From Escherichia phage HY03: a DNA stretch of 64,000 nucleotides. Every line of letters begins with the position of its first letter. The stretch's first letter is position 1. The notes beneath the pieces were generated by a model. The model did no database searches. It saw only the letters and a list, made by a program, of their open reading frames with translations, and had not been told where the DNA came from. The DNA lies in sequence record NC_031047.1; one strand, given 5' to 3'. The position numbers were made by a program, and so were the translations under genes. Below are positions 38,414 to 49,830 of this stretch, in pieces.

Positions 38414-41400
38414 TTATTTTAACAACGATTTAACTAATGCTTTAAGTTCTTCGATTTCTGATTTAAGTTCTGCAATTTCTGCAGTATGCTCATTGATTGC
38501 AGCTGTATTTAAACCAATTACACCGTTATAGTTCAAACGAAGTAAAGCTTCACCATCCGGGTCACCTTCAACTAATTCAGGCAAAATAGCTTGAACTTCT
38601 TGAGCTATCAAACCAGCGTTAGGTTCCCATTTCTGATTACCTTCTTCATCTGTTCCACGTTTCTGCATATAAGTGTAACCGTTAATTTTAGAAAGCTTCT
38701 GAGAAGCATTTTCAAATTTAACGAGGTCTTTTTTAACGCGAATATCAGAACGGACATAAACATCACGGACAAACGTTGAATAGCTGTCATTCGCCTGGAC
38801 TAGATGACCGTGAGAAATAATCGCTTTATCAACTTCGGTCCACAAACCACCATGACTTCCCCATAGTCCTGAGTGTTCTTGATACATCGTACCCCATGAT
38901 GCAATATGCTGTCCGTTAGCAAACATGTTAATACGACCATCACCACCATGAACTAATCCGGTATCATTATCACCAATAACAAGACATGGTCCAGTCCATG
39001 CAGGGTCACCTCCACCAGCTGATAATCTTGCTCCAGTTTGAACCATGTTAGGAGCATACAGAACTCCATCGTGGTGGAATTCATATATAGCTTGCGGGTC
39101 AGAACCATTTTCCTGGTTACCTACACGAATAATACCTTGTGCCCATTTGTTAGTGATACGGCGCATACCAAAATCTACACCAGATACGTATCCTTCATTC
39201 GTAATAACAGATTTTCCTTTGATAATTGGATAATAACTATCATTACCGACGTAGCCAAAATCCACAAATATCGGAGCTTCTTGACGCCATTGACTTCCCC
39301 AATCGCCAGCTTGGTGCGCAGTCCAGTATGCTCCATTTATATAAAGACGATCCCTATTAAAATTAAAAGTAGCAGACCCTTGAGGAGATAAAGCAATTTC
39401 TCCGACCTCATTAATGTTAACACCGCTGTTAGTTTGGAAACTGTAAAATGATATAGTATTATCGGCGCCGCCGTTACCAACATACCAGTTATCAACGCCT
39501 GCTTTTTGTCCTTTCATATAACCGGATTCGCTTGCAGCACTATTAATAACAATAACATCCGAGTTGGCATTAAGAGTTAAACGGCCTGTCATTGTATCGC
39601 CTTCTTTCGAAACACGAGTCGCAATAGCATCGCGAATATTTGTAATGTCTCCTGCTGCAGTAAACGTTTTCCAGATATCAGACCAGATGTTACCATTGCG
39701 AGCAATAGTAGCTTCGCCGCCGCCGACAGAAACGTTATCTGGGAAGTTAACAGTACCGTCTTGATTAAAACGAGACGTATGGCCTTGTGAACCATCTTCT
39801 TTCAGATGATGAATAACGAATGTACCAGAATTAATTTCAGTACCTAAAGACCAAACTGCTTTACCATTTAAGAATTTCTGTTTAACAATAGGATAATATT
39901 TGCTTACAGCATCATCATCAATTTCCTGGAAAATAGGAGCCGCTTGAGCATATTGAACGGCATAACCTCCAGCCCCAGCTCCATGACCAGCAAATTTAAT
40001 ATAGCCATTTGCTGCGAACGTATTGTAACTTGATTGTAAATCTGGAATAGTAACTTTACCAGTATCTAAAGCCATACTAAACGGGCGAAGTGGACCGATA
40101 TCGCCGTGTTTACCTTCACCGTAAGCAGTTGGAATAATATGAAGACTGCCTTCTGAACGTCTAAAAATGGCTCCATAATCTGCATTCCAAATGCGAAGAC
40201 CATTTACAGCATTTGTCGCGATTTCACCGGCTGCGCTGATTGTACCGTCAAATGTAGCATTTTTTACTACTGTCAAGTTTTCATTAACAATCTGGGTGCC
40301 ATTTATAACCGATTCGACTTTACCTGCAGTTGTTCGTTGAATATAACTCATCCAGCTAGTTGCATCAGAAATTTCCATGACATTTTTGCGATTACCTTCG
40401 CTAGGATTAATAAATGTATTACCCCACACAGAAATTGTCATGTTATCCACAGAACTACTACCTGTTGTGTTACCTCTAAACATCAGCGTAGAAGAATTAT
40501 TACGACCATCAATATTAACAGAACCACCAATAACGTCAATATTACCAGGAGTAACTAACAAACCGCCGTGAGTATTAATGTTTGTGACACCTTTACCGCG
40601 GAAATAGTGATGATATCTACCGCCTTGATAATATCCCAAAAGAGTCTGACCATCTCCAAACGCGTTATTATCATGATATGTAACAACAGTAGCGAGAGCA
40701 TAGTTTTCAGTAGGAGGAGTAGTTAAATCGGTTCCATTGGTAGAATATCCAGCTACAAATTTTCTTAGGCTAGTTGTTTCGCTAGGGCTAAATAAAAATG
40801 TTTTCGTTCCATTATTGACGCTGAAATAATATCCATCCTGGTGCCATTTAAATCCAGTATCATTATCCCCTAAAGCAATACTAGATGGTCCTAGTATTGA
40901 ATAATCTTTATTGCCAGGTGTTAAACCGATAGAAATTGAGTGACTCGATTTAATTCCGCCGCTCCATGTAAATGACCAAAGATAAGCGTCTAGCCCATCT
41001 CCGCTGTACCAAGTTATTCCATCATTATCTTTAACTTCATGGAAAATGCCAGAACCGACTGCATTACGCATGACACGGAGATGATTAATAGCAGTAGTGC
41101 TTTCAGACAGTGGAACATTATCTGCCATCGAATAAATGTCATAATCACCTGTAGATTTATTATTAGTAATGACTTTGTTGGTCAAAATCTGAGGAGTTGA
41201 CATAGATTTCCATGCTGATACTTCAGGTGAAGTAAATAGGCCACTACCTGAAAATGCATAAGTGCTTTCGCTACCAGCGGCGTAGTCTTGAACCCTGATA
41301 TTAAGTACTTGTGTAGTTAAACCGTCATTAGCAGGAGAAAAAATAATACCGCGTTCACGGTCGGCGGAATCATGAAAACGAACGTGTGCCGTTCCTGAAC

Positions 41401-41743
41401 TTTTTGTAATAAGTTCTCCACCCTCAGTCATAATCTGCCCGGCGGCAATAATATCGCGAGTTACTCGAGCAATACCAGTTAAATTAAAATTACCTGTCTG
41501 AGTGAAAGTGCCATTTAAAGTATAATCACCAGTTTGATTATAGTTTCCTTTATGAATAACATTTCCGTCAATACTACCGCCCTTAGCAAAACCCAGATCA
41601 ATGATATTTCCTTGGTCATCTTTAGTAAAAAGTACGCGGTCTTTTAAATTTATAGCCAATTCACCTTCGGCTAATACTGAAGCGGCAGGACGTGCTCCTG
41701 CGGTTTTGCTTCTTTTAAATTGTATTTGTTTTAAAGTAGCCAT
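38414..41743 (-). CDS. 37: Long tail fibre distal subunit gp37
   Basis: 1109 aa; N-terminus [13 protein letters not shown]; C-terminal SDIRVKKDL ... coiled-coil tail. Confidence 0.9.
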   Translation of the reverse strand: MATLKQIQFKRSKTAGARPAASVLAEGELAINLKDRVLFTKDDQGNIIDLGFAKGGSIDGNVIHKGNYNQTGDYTLNGTFTQTGNFNLTGIARVTRDIIAAGQIMTEGGELITKSSGTAHVRFHDSADRERGIIFSPANDGLTTQVLNIRVQDYAAGSESTYAFSGSGLFTSPEVSAWKSMSTPQILTNKVITNNKSTGDYDIYSMADNVPLSESTTAINHLRVMRNAVGSGIFHEVKDNDGITWYSGDGLDAYLWSFTWSGGIKSSHSISIGLTPGNKDYSILGPSSIALGDNDTGFKWHQDGYYFSVNNGTKTFLFSPSETTSLRKFVAGYSTNGTDLTTPPTENYALATVVTYHDNNAFGDGQTLLGYYQGGRYHHYFRGKGVTNINTHGGLLVTPGNIDVIGGSVNIDGRNNSSTLMFRGNTTGSSSVDNMTISVWGNTFINPSEGNRKNVMEISDATSWMSYIQRTTAGKVESVINGTQIVNENLTVVKNATFDGTISAAGEIATNAVNGLRIWNADYGAIFRRSEGSLHIIPTAYGEGKHGDIGPLRPFSMALDTGKVTIPDLQSSYNTFAANGYIKFAGHGAGAGGYAVQYAQAAPIFQEIDDDAVSKYYPIVKQKFLNGKAVWSLGTEINSGTFVIHHLKEDGSQGHTSRFNQDGTVNFPDNVSVGGGEATIARNGNIWSDIWKTFTAAGDITNIRDAIATRVSKEGDTMTGRLTLNANSDVIVINSAASESGYMKGQKAGVDNWYVGNGGADNTISFYSFQTNSGVNINEVGEIALSPQGSATFNFNRDRLYINGAYWTAHQAGDWGSQWRQEAPIFVDFGYVGNDSYYPIIKGKSVITNEGYVSGVDFGMRRITNKWAQGIIRVGNQENGSDPQAIYEFHHDGVLYAPNMVQTGARLSAGGGDPAWTGPCLVIGDNDTGLVHGGDGRINMFANGQHIASWGTMYQEHSGLWGSHGGLWTEVDKAIISHGHLVQANDSYSTFVRDVYVRSDIRVKKDLVKFENASQKLSKINGYTYMQKRGTDEEGNQKWEPNAGLIAQEVQAILPELVEGDPDGEALLRLNYNGVIGLNTAAINEHTAEIAELKSEIEELKALVKSLLK

Positions 41744-41751
41744 AAGTCCTC

Positions 41752-42408
41752 TTAATAATAGCCGAAATCTTGAACAGAATCCTTAATAACAATTTGATCA
41801 AATCGTGGAACATGTGAGGGTTGAGATGCAGGATTCTGTGAAAAAAGGTTTGGCGCAGTTAAATTTCCTGTCATAGTATCTCCAGAGCGTAATACTCTAG
41901 AGTTTGCGTTTGCTGTAACAATATTTATTGCTCCATCAACATAATCTTTCCGTGTAAGGTCATAATTATTTACTGGTGATAATGAAGTTGCGCGTATTTG
42001 TGATGCCTCAATTACACCCTTTGAGCTAATATCTCCATTTCGCGTGTTAATTACTACAGTTCTACCCGCTGAACCCTGTGATGATTTAAAACCAATACCA
42101 TACCACGAAACAATATCCATATTTGTAGTATCATACGTGGCATTATCACCAGGACCAGCAAAAATACCATTGTCACCTGACCCTGCACCAGGAACAGTCA
42201 TTCCTTTATTAAAAATTACTTTATTTAAATATGTACCACCATTAGCTTTAGAAACGAAATCGTTATCAGTTGCCTGTGGTTTATTATATTCTGAATATAT
42301 TTTAAATGATTTATAGAGTACATCGTCACCGGCTGGATTCAATGGAAAATTTCCTTGATGCCAAATGACAGAGCCTCCAGTTGTTGAACCTACTTTTAAA
42401 TCAGCCAT
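41752..42408 (-). CDS. 36: Long tail fibre subunit gp36
   Basis: 218 aa; MADLKVGSTTGGSVIWHQGNF. Confidence 0.85.
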   Translation of the reverse strand: MADLKVGSTTGGSVIWHQGNFPLNPAGDDVLYKSFKIYSEYNKPQATDNDFVSKANGGTYLNKVIFNKGMTVPGAGSGDNGIFAGPGDNATYDTTNMDIVSWYGIGFKSSQGSAGRTVVINTRNGDISSKGVIEASQIRATSLSPVNNYDLTRKDYVDGAINIVTANANSRVLRSGDTMTGNLTAPNLFSQNPASQPSHVPRFDQIVIKDSVQDFGYY

Positions 42409-42431
42409 TGTATGCCCCTTTATTTTAATAG

Positions 42432-42439
42432 TATTTATA
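42432..42439 (-). promoter_or_regulatory. T4 late promoter TATAAATA (minus strand) upstream of gene 36
   Basis: tatttata on the + strand about 25 nt upstream of the gene 36 start. Confidence 0.5.
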
Positions 42440-42440
42440 A

Positions 42441-42465
42441 AGAAAAAGGGAACCCGAAGGCTCCC
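42441..42465 (-). terminator. Hairpin with UUCG loop plus U-run after gene 35 (minus strand)
   Basis: Seen in sequence; one G-U pair in the stem. Confidence 0.4.
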
Positions 42466-42470
42466 TCAAT

Positions 42471-43586
42471 TTAAACTTCTCTAAATTCTTGTCCAAACAC
42501 TTTACCAGTTTTAGACGATGCTTGCGTAGGAAGTACCATTATATCCGGAGGTGAAGCAGATTCACAGACATAATTAACTCGAATACCATTGACGCCAAAC
42601 TCAGCAGGTTTTGAAATTCCGCCATTTCTTGATACTTCAGAAAAGCTTAAATTTCTCATGCCGCCTTGACCAGCTTGAGCAGTTCTTTGTGCATATATCG
42701 TAAATCCTACTGCATTTTCAGGAACAACTACATAGTCTTCCTTTAATTCCCATGACTCAGCTTGTCCAGTAAACTCAGCATGTGTTGAAGAAATATATCC
42801 ATTCGATTCATCATAAAAACGGATAGATATATTTGTAGTTCCAAGCGCAAGTAAATCGGCATCAGCATATAACTGTGCTTTAAGATAAAGAACATCGCCA
42901 GGAATTAAATTATAATCAGATAATTTACTTATCGCGGATGAAGTTGGTAAACGCGCAATTTCGTTATTAGTTCCACCAACCGCTGACATAAACTGCTCAA
43001 CGCTTTCATATGTTCTTCTTGGAAACCCGGTAGCTCCTACATCTTCTAAACTGTCAAATACAACATCCAAAATAGTTTGATAATCATCTGTGCTTTTTCT
43101 ATTACTCAGTTTAACATGCTCTAATGCGATAGCTCTTTTAGAAGAAGTATAAAAAGCAGCATATGATACGTCGAATCTTGACAATATAGAATCAGATGGA
43201 AAAGCAGACGTTCCTGCTCCCCTTAACCAAGATACTACTTCAGGAGGAAAATTAACCTTTCCGCTAGTTAATATAGCAACAAGTCTATTGCTTGAAATAG
43301 AATTCATGAAACTAACAAAAGCAGCTGATGTAGTATCATTTGAAGTCGAAAAAGCATATGACTTACTATCAACTAATGCTCCGGTGGAAGGGTCAAAAAC
43401 TCTTAAATGAAGTCCTGCGCTAAATGTTTGACTTCCGACAGGATTATCCTGAAATTTAACGTATGGTCCTGCTGTAGAAAGCGGGCAAGAACCCGCTATG
43501 CTTATTTTATATCTTACTGAATTGCTTTCCGATAAAAATGGCGTTTGGACATATCCTTGTCCAAACTCTGCCATAAATTTTTCCAT
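42471..43586 (-). CDS. 35: Long tail fibre hinge subunit gp35
   Basis: 371 aa; position between 34 and 36. Confidence 0.85.
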   Translation of the reverse strand: MEKFMAEFGQGYVQTPFLSESNSVRYKISIAGSCPLSTAGPYVKFQDNPVGSQTFSAGLHLRVFDPSTGALVDSKSYAFSTSNDTTSAAFVSFMNSISSNRLVAILTSGKVNFPPEVVSWLRGAGTSAFPSDSILSRFDVSYAAFYTSSKRAIALEHVKLSNRKSTDDYQTILDVVFDSLEDVGATGFPRRTYESVEQFMSAVGGTNNEIARLPTSSAISKLSDYNLIPGDVLYLKAQLYADADLLALGTTNISIRFYDESNGYISSTHAEFTGQAESWELKEDYVVVPENAVGFTIYAQRTAQAGQGGMRNLSFSEVSRNGGISKPAEFGVNGIRVNYVCESASPPDIMVLPTQASSKTGKVFGQEFREV

Positions 43587-43594
43587 AATACCTC

Positions 43595-46500
43595 TTATTC
43601 AACCCATTCAAATTTAACCGTTTTATTCACTGGGTCAGGAATAATGCGAACATTACCAATTCGTAAGAAATCACGAATAGTAAGATTACCCATTATAGCA
43701 TTATCAGATGGTAAAGCACCGATATCAGATGGTTGTGGAGGGTTACCTCCATCAAATACCTGAACAAAACTTGACCAAGAGTTTTTGGTTTTCTGCCATG
43801 TACGTGTCCAGCGAGTGGTACGCGCTTCTGGCGTCGTTGGATAAGTAATCCAATCTTGGTAAAGCGAATCAAGTGTATTACCAAACTGAGTCAATGTACC
43901 AGGAGATTTAACCTCTTCACCACGTTCTAAGTATGGAAGTCCAGTCACTTCATTAGTTTTTTCAACCATTTTAAAATAACCCGGGAACTGGTTATAAGTG
44001 GCTGAATCGTTAATATCAATTGACCAGAATCCTACAGTTTCAGATGTTGGTGCACGGGTGTATAAATCAGATGTTTTAGTACCCTGAGAACGAATTCTCG
44101 AGTTAACAGTCAAACCGCCTGAATTTATAGTAGCACCTTTGGCAATGATTAAGCTTTCACCAATTGTAACCTGACCAGATTGATTATTAATTGATAATGG
44201 ACGTAATCCATTAAATCCACCAGTCTGATCGCCAGATGCAGTAAGCATAAAATAGGTGTTAGCAGCATCATTACGAATAAAGAATCCATAATCACCGTTT
44301 ATTGCTCTAAAAGCATTCGACGATTTACTGATAAATTCGCCATTAGCAGTAACTGAACTACCGAATGTTGCAACGCCATTCGCATTCAATGTTCCTGAAG
44401 CATTCACATTTATCGGTGTTACTGTACCATTGATATTAAATGTTATATTACCAGCTTTATTGCGCTGAGAATAAAAGTGACTAGACGTTTCATCACTAAC
44501 TTCAAATACGGTAGAACGTGTTGTGTCCGATTCACCACTGAATTGATTTCCCCACACTCTGACTGTCATCGTTTGAGCCGGATTCGTTCCAGTTTGAGGT
44601 CCTTTCTCAAAAATCAGACGAGTTGCTGTTCCAGTATTAGAAATGGTTAGTGTACTATTTGCTGAAACTGATCCACCGAACGTAGCAGTACTAGATGATA
44701 CAAGAGGGGCACTCAGATTCGTTTGTTGGGTTAAGGTTAGTGAACCATTAACCGTTTGTGCAATATCCCTACGAATGAACTGAGATGAATCTAGACCATC
44801 CAGTAAATTACTATCTACAGCTTTTGCTTTTAACGGCAAATAATTTGCTAATACACGGTTTAATTCATATGGTGATACTGCATAGCTATTTTTCTCATAC
44901 AGTTCTAAATCTTGGGTAGAACCGACTGTATCATTACCAACGAATGTAATTGAACCAGATGAAGTTTTAACAAAGCCCCTTATCGCAGTAGTCGCTGCCC
45001 AAGTAGGTTCACTCTGCGCAATCCATTTTAAATTTTTTGGAGATACAGCAGTATTTGCTGATGTTCCAGTCACAGTTTCAGACTGAGTTGCAACTTTAAT
45101 AACACCTTCTTGCGCTTCAGTAGATTTAGTACCTAAAAGCTTTTTAGGAGTTATTAAAACATTATCTAATGTTCCTGCAGCAGCTTCGACCTGTGTAGCT
45201 ACACGAAGTGTACCACGTTGTGTCTCATTTGCTTCAAGAATATTAAGGGTATAATGGTCCCAGAGAGTTCCTGATTCAACTAATCCAGATAGAGCAACAA
45301 CAGAAGTACGATCAGTACTGTTAAATCTAGTTTTAATTTTTAATGGTGTAGAGATACGAGTATCGTCGACGCCTGCGTCGAATTCAACTTGCGTAGCAAT
45401 TTCAGCTATACCACTTAAACTTTCAGTTGCTCTACGGTCATTTAAAGTTTTAGGAGTGACTGCACGAGTATAATCAGTTCCTGTATTAACTTCACTTTGC
45501 GTAGCAATTTCAATTAAACCAATTCTTGCATCAGTTGATGTCTTTTTATGTAACGTTTCTGGCGTTACAACCGCATTTGCCCATCCTTCTTGGCTTTGTC
45601 CAGCAATTACTTCACTTTCAACTGCTAAAATTACTGCACCTTGTTGCGTTGGAGTAGCTTTATACTGATCCAGTGCTTTAGGCGAAACAACTAAATTATT
45701 AGTATTTTTATTATAAACATTTGTACCATTTAATTCACGACTAGAGGCTGGAGTAGCACCTGCAGTAGATACAAAAGTTACAATACCAGATAATGACTCA
45801 GAACCTTGACGAGCTTGAAGCTTTTTAGGAGTGATGATTGTAGTATCATCAGTACCTGTATTAGTTTCCTGCTGCGTAGCAATTTCAGCAACACCTCTGC
45901 GAGTTTCTGTAGCAGTTCTTTCATTCAGCTTTTTAGGAGTGATGATAAGGTCATCAGCAAAAGAGAATGTAGTGTTCTGATTTACTTGAGCAGTAGTTGC
46001 TATTCTTGCGATACCTCTACGAGTTTCTGTAGCAGTACGGTTAGCTAATGTTTCTGGAGTAATTGCTAATTCTTTTTGTGGAGAATTTTCTAAATCGACG
46101 TTAGCTTGGGCTTGTGTAGCTAAAGCAATTACGCCTAATCTTGCTCTAGTAGAATCATTTAAAGAGTCTACTCTTTCAACTGTTGGAACGTTTTGTTGTA
46201 CAACCCAATATTTTCCATCAGAATCTTCTATATAAGCAAGCTGTAAAACTGGAACATAATTAGTTTCGCCGTTAAAAACTAATTCTTGAACAGTCACCCA
46301 TTCAGCTTCAGGTGGATATTCTGAGCGTTTTGGGAATTGCAGCAATTGAACTGAAGAAGCAATTTTATCTTCACCGGCAGCTTTGATTTTAACTGTTTGG
46401 CCTTTTCTCATGTAATTCATGGAAATTTTAACAGTATCACCAACAGAAATATCAGTCGGAAGCTGAAGTTCAATTGTCTGAGCTGTTCCGTTATTCGCAC

Positions 46501-47464
46501 CAAATACCATAACTTCTTCATTTGGACGAATATTAGAATTAGTCGTTATAATGCGTAAACGCGCTTTACTATCCCCGTCAAACAATCTCCACAATTTCTC
46601 ATTATCATCAAACATTAAGAAACCGTCAATCGTTGTACGGCCTTCAATGGAATGAGTTCCAACTTCTTGTATTGAAGTCGTTTCATCGTATGTAGTAACA
46701 ATTGTATGATAAAGCGGATTTAGTTTATCTAAATCGACGAAATTAATAATATCGCCATGATTAGCAAATCTTGGAAGTTTAACATTAATTGGTGCAGCAG
46801 AAGTAAATCTACGTACGATAAAATCGTTTGATTGCGCTTGATAGAGACTCGCAGGCGTTACAACTACAGCTTCTCTACTATAATCAGCGACATACATTTG
46901 CCACAGACGATTACTAAAAATTAAAACTAGCTGTGACTTTGGATGAGTCATTAGTACTGAACGTACCTGTTCACCTCTAAAGTTTACAATACTTTGCACT
47001 GGAGCTACAATTAAAACTTGGTTAACACCAGGTTTTCCTCCAATGTCTTGGAGAACGATAGTATCTCCATCAATTGGGGAAGATGGTAAAGTAAATGTAA
47101 TGTCATTACCAGCTGCAGTATCAACTGAAATTGATTCGCCTGACTTTAATTGATAAGGTCCTGATGAAACAGTTGTCCAATTAGCATCAGTACGTAATGC
47201 TCTCCAACGTACGCTATTAAAAGCTCCTGCTGGTTTTGGAATATCATTTATAGCAGCCCAAAAGCGGTTATCATAAATGATTACAAAATCTTTTAAATAT
47301 CCACGAGTTGGATCATATTGTTGAACTGTGTTTTCTTGAATTAAGTAATCAACGTTAACACCGTCAGTTCCTACGGTACGATCAGCTAAAGCTACGTTGA
47401 TTATTTTATCGCCACCTGCGTCCAGACCGTCTTCTGCTCTGAACTTTCTTTTAATCTCGGCCAT
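43595..47464 (-). CDS. 34: Long tail fibre proximal subunit gp34
   Basis: 1289 aa; MAEIKRKFRAEDGLDAGGDKIINVALADR. Confidence 0.9.
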   Translation of the reverse strand: MAEIKRKFRAEDGLDAGGDKIINVALADRTVGTDGVNVDYLIQENTVQQYDPTRGYLKDFVIIYDNRFWAAINDIPKPAGAFNSVRWRALRTDANWTTVSSGPYQLKSGESISVDTAAGNDITFTLPSSPIDGDTIVLQDIGGKPGVNQVLIVAPVQSIVNFRGEQVRSVLMTHPKSQLVLIFSNRLWQMYVADYSREAVVVTPASLYQAQSNDFIVRRFTSAAPINVKLPRFANHGDIINFVDLDKLNPLYHTIVTTYDETTSIQEVGTHSIEGRTTIDGFLMFDDNEKLWRLFDGDSKARLRIITTNSNIRPNEEVMVFGANNGTAQTIELQLPTDISVGDTVKISMNYMRKGQTVKIKAAGEDKIASSVQLLQFPKRSEYPPEAEWVTVQELVFNGETNYVPVLQLAYIEDSDGKYWVVQQNVPTVERVDSLNDSTRARLGVIALATQAQANVDLENSPQKELAITPETLANRTATETRRGIARIATTAQVNQNTTFSFADDLIITPKKLNERTATETRRGVAEIATQQETNTGTDDTTIITPKKLQARQGSESLSGIVTFVSTAGATPASSRELNGTNVYNKNTNNLVVSPKALDQYKATPTQQGAVILAVESEVIAGQSQEGWANAVVTPETLHKKTSTDARIGLIEIATQSEVNTGTDYTRAVTPKTLNDRRATESLSGIAEIATQVEFDAGVDDTRISTPLKIKTRFNSTDRTSVVALSGLVESGTLWDHYTLNILEANETQRGTLRVATQVEAAAGTLDNVLITPKKLLGTKSTEAQEGVIKVATQSETVTGTSANTAVSPKNLKWIAQSEPTWAATTAIRGFVKTSSGSITFVGNDTVGSTQDLELYEKNSYAVSPYELNRVLANYLPLKAKAVDSNLLDGLDSSQFIRRDIAQTVNGSLTLTQQTNLSAPLVSSSTATFGGSVSANSTLTISNTGTATRLIFEKGPQTGTNPAQTMTVRVWGNQFSGESDTTRSTVFEVSDETSSHFYSQRNKAGNITFNINGTVTPINVNASGTLNANGVATFGSSVTANGEFISKSSNAFRAINGDYGFFIRNDAANTYFMLTASGDQTGGFNGLRPLSINNQSGQVTIGESLIIAKGATINSGGLTVNSRIRSQGTKTSDLYTRAPTSETVGFWSIDINDSATYNQFPGYFKMVEKTNEVTGLPYLERGEEVKSPGTLTQFGNTLDSLYQDWITYPTTPEARTTRWTRTWQKTKNSWSSFVQVFDGGNPPQPSDIGALPSDNAIMGNLTIRDFLRIGNVRIIPDPVNKTVKFEWVE

Positions 47465-47498
47465 TCTCCCGGGCTCCTATTGTGTTTTCAATAATAAG

Positions 47499-47506
47499 TA
47501 TTTATA
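47499..47506 (-). promoter_or_regulatory. T4 late promoter TATAAATA (minus strand) upstream of gene 34
   Basis: tatttata on the + strand about 35 nt upstream of the gene 34 ATG. Confidence 0.55.
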
Positions 47507-47509
47507 CTT

Positions 47510-47539
47510 GTTTACTTTAAGATTTGGATAGTATATAAT
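47510..47539 (+). promoter_or_regulatory. T4-type early promoter for rnh
   Basis: GTTTACT ... 17 bp ... TATAAT. Confidence 0.45.
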
Positions 47540-47568
47540 AGAAATCTCACTAATTGAACGAGGTTCAT

Positions 47569-48486
47569 ATGGATTTAGAAATGATGCTGGATGAAGATTA
47601 CAAAGAAGGAATCTGCTTAATTGACTTTAGTCAAATTGCGCTTTCAACTGCTTTGGTAAACTTTCCAGATAAAGAAAAAATTAATTTATCAATGGTTCGT
47701 CATTTGATATTGAACTCAATTAAGTTTAATGTCAAAAAAGCAAAAACGCTTGGATACACTAAAATTGTACTGTGTATTGATAACGCGAAATCTGGATACT
47801 GGCGTCGTGATTTTGCTTATTATTATAAGAAAAACCGTGGAAAAGCACGAGAAGAATCTACTTGGGACTGGGAAGGTTATTTTGAATCCAGCCATAAAGT
47901 TATAGATGAATTGAAAGCTTATATGCCATACATCGTTATGGATATTGATAAGTATGAAGCAGATGACCATATTGCTGTTCTTGTTAAAAAGTTCTCTTTA
48001 GAAGGACATAAGATTTTAATCATTTCGTCGGATGGTGACTTTACCCAACTTCACAAATATCCAAATGTTAAGCAATGGTCACCGATGCACAAGAAATGGG
48101 TTAAAATTAAAAGCGGTTCTGCTGAAATTGACTGTATGACTAAAATCCTTAAAGGCGACAAAAAGGATAACGTTGCTTCAGTTAAAGTACGATCTGACTT
48201 TTGGTTTACCAGAGTTGAAGGTGAACGAACTCCTTCAATGAAAACCTCTATTGTTGAAGCTATTGCTAATGACCGTGAGCAAGCTAAGGTGCTTCTCACC
48301 GAATCTGAATATAATCGATACAAAGAAAATTTAGTTCTAATTGATTTTGATTATATTCCTGATAATATTGCTTCAAACATTGTGAATTACTATAATTCAT
48401 ATAAATTACCACCGCGTGGCAAAATTTATTCATATTTTGTAAAAGCGGGTCTTTCTAAATTAACTAATAGCATTAATGAATTTTGA
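47569..48486 (+). CDS. rnh: RNase H / 5'-3' flap exonuclease
   Basis: ORF track 47554..48486; ATG at 47569 after GAGG gives 305 aa; MDLEMMLDEDYKEGICLIDFSQ. Confidence 0.85.
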   Translation: MDLEMMLDEDYKEGICLIDFSQIALSTALVNFPDKEKINLSMVRHLILNSIKFNVKKAKTLGYTKIVLCIDNAKSGYWRRDFAYYYKKNRGKAREESTWDWEGYFESSHKVIDELKAYMPYIVMDIDKYEADDHIAVLVKKFSLEGHKILIISSDGDFTQLHKYPNVKQWSPMHKKWVKIKSGSAEIDCMTKILKGDKKDNVASVKVRSDFWFTRVEGERTPSMKTSIVEAIANDREQAKVLLTESEYNRYKENLVLIDFDYIPDNIASNIVNYYNSYKLPPRGKIYSYFVKAGLSKLTNSINEF

Positions 48487-48494
48487 GGTGAATA

Positions 48495-48764
48495 ATGGCT
48501 AAAAAAGAAATGGTTGAATTTGATGAAGCTATCCATGGCGAAGACTTGGCTAAATTTATTAAAGAAGCATCTGATCATAAACTGAAAATTTCCGGTTATA
48601 ATGAACTGATTAAAGATATTCGAATTCGTGCCAAAGATGAACTTGGTGTTGATGGTAAGATGTTTAATCGTCTATTAGCTTTGTATCATAAAGATAATCG
48701 TGATGTGTTTGAAGCTGAAACTGAAGAGGTAGTTGAACTTTATGACACAGTTTTCTCTAAATGA
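48495..48764 (+). CDS. dsbA: DsbA-like late-promoter dsDNA-binding protein
   Basis: 89 aa between rnh and 33. Confidence 0.55.
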   Translation: MAKKEMVEFDEAIHGEDLAKFIKEASDHKLKISGYNELIKDIRIRAKDELGVDGKMFNRLLALYHKDNRDVFEAETEEVVELYDTVFSK

Positions 48765-49080
48765 TATTCGCCCGGTCGATGAGGCCGGGCTTTCAGAAAA
48801 AGAACTTTCAATTAAGAAAGAAAAGGATGAAATTGCAAAGCTTCTTGACCGCCAAGAAAATGGATTTATTATTGAAAAAATGGTAGAAGAGTTTGGAATG
48901 AGTTATCTTGAAGCTACAACAGCATTCTTAGAAGAAAATTCTATTCCTGAAACTCAATTTGCTAAATTTATTCCTTCGGGTATAATTGAAAAAATTCAGT
49001 CAGAAGCTATCGACGAAAATCTTTTACGTCCTTCTGTTGTTCGTTGTGAAAAAACTAATACATTAGATTTTCTGCTATGA
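48742..49080 (+). CDS. 33: Late transcription co-activator gp33
   Basis: ORF track 48733..49080; 112 aa from the ATG at 48742. Confidence 0.55.
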   Translation: MTQFSLNDIRPVDEAGLSEKELSIKKEKDEIAKLLDRQENGFIIEKMVEEFGMSYLEATTAFLEENSIPETQFAKFIPSGIIEKIQSEAIDENLLRPSVVRCEKTNTLDFLL

Positions 49081-49730
49081 TTAAACTCCGCATGCCTGCT
49101 GGTGGTGAAAGATATATTGATGGTAAATCAGTTTATAAATTATACTTAATGATAAAACAACACATGAATGGAAAGTATGATGTAATTAAGTATAATTGGT
49201 GCATGCGGGTGTCTGATGCCGCTTATCAAAAGCGAAGGGATAAGTATTTTTTCCAGAAGTTATCAGAAAAATATAAATTAAAGGAACTTGCTTTAATCTT
49301 TATAAGCAATCTTGTTGCTAACCAAGATGCTTGGATTGGTGACATCTCTGACGCTGATGCACTTGTGTTTTATCGTGAATATATCGGACGCTTAAAGCAA
49401 ATTAAATTTAAGTTTGAAGAAGATATTCGCAACATTTATTATTTTAGTAAAAAAGTTGAAGTTTCTGCTTTTAAAGAAATCTTTGAGTATAATCCAAAAG
49501 TTCAGTCGAGTTATATTTTTAAACTACTTCAATCGAATATAATTTCGTTTGAGACGTTTATCTTGCTTGATTCATTTTTAAATATAATTGATAAACACGA
49601 TGAACAGACTGATAATTTAGTCTGGAATAATTATTCTATAAAGTTAAAGGCTTATAGAAAAATTTTAAATATTGATTCACAGGAAGCTAAAAAAGTTTTT
49701 ATTGAAACTGTGAAATCTTGTAAGTATTAA
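49077..49730 (+). CDS. 59: Helicase loader gp59
   Basis: 217 aa upstream of gene 32. Confidence 0.8.
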   Translation: MIKLRMPAGGERYIDGKSVYKLYLMIKQHMNGKYDVIKYNWCMRVSDAAYQKRRDKYFFQKLSEKYKLKELALIFISNLVANQDAWIGDISDADALVFYREYIGRLKQIKFKFEEDIRNIYYFSKKVEVSAFKEIFEYNPKVQSSYIFKLLQSNIISFETFILLDSFLNIIDKHDEQTDNLVWNNYSIKLKAYRKILNIDSQEAKKVFIETVKSCKY

Positions 49731-49738
49731 TTGCTTAT

Positions 49739-49746
49739 TATAAATA
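49739..49746 (+). promoter_or_regulatory. Late promoter TATAAATA upstream of gene 32 (a TTGCTTAT MotA-like box lies just 5')
   Basis: Seen in sequence. Confidence 0.45.
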
Positions 49747-49763
49747 GATTATAATTATCTCAC

Positions 49764-49830
49764 TGACCAGCTATGAGGTCATACATCGTCATAGCACCAA
49801 CTGTTAATTAAATTAAATTAAATTAAATTA
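49764..49830 (+). promoter_or_regulatory. Gene 32 translational operator: H-type pseudoknot (49764..49795) plus (UUAAA)n repeats (49806..49830)
   Basis: ugacc/ggtca and gctatga/tcatagc pairings and 5x aatta repeat seen; matches the known gp32 autoregulatory site. Confidence 0.7.

Noticed and set aside
39038-40571. Several + strand ORFs inside the gene 37 region
   Set aside because: Antisense to a well-supported 1109-aa tail fibre gene; no promoters or SD sequences.
49806-49830. Tandem aatta/ttaaa repeats that could be mistaken for a repeat array
   Set aside because: Only about 25 nt, directly upstream of the gene 32 SD; explained by the gp32 translational operator, not CRISPR or a satellite.
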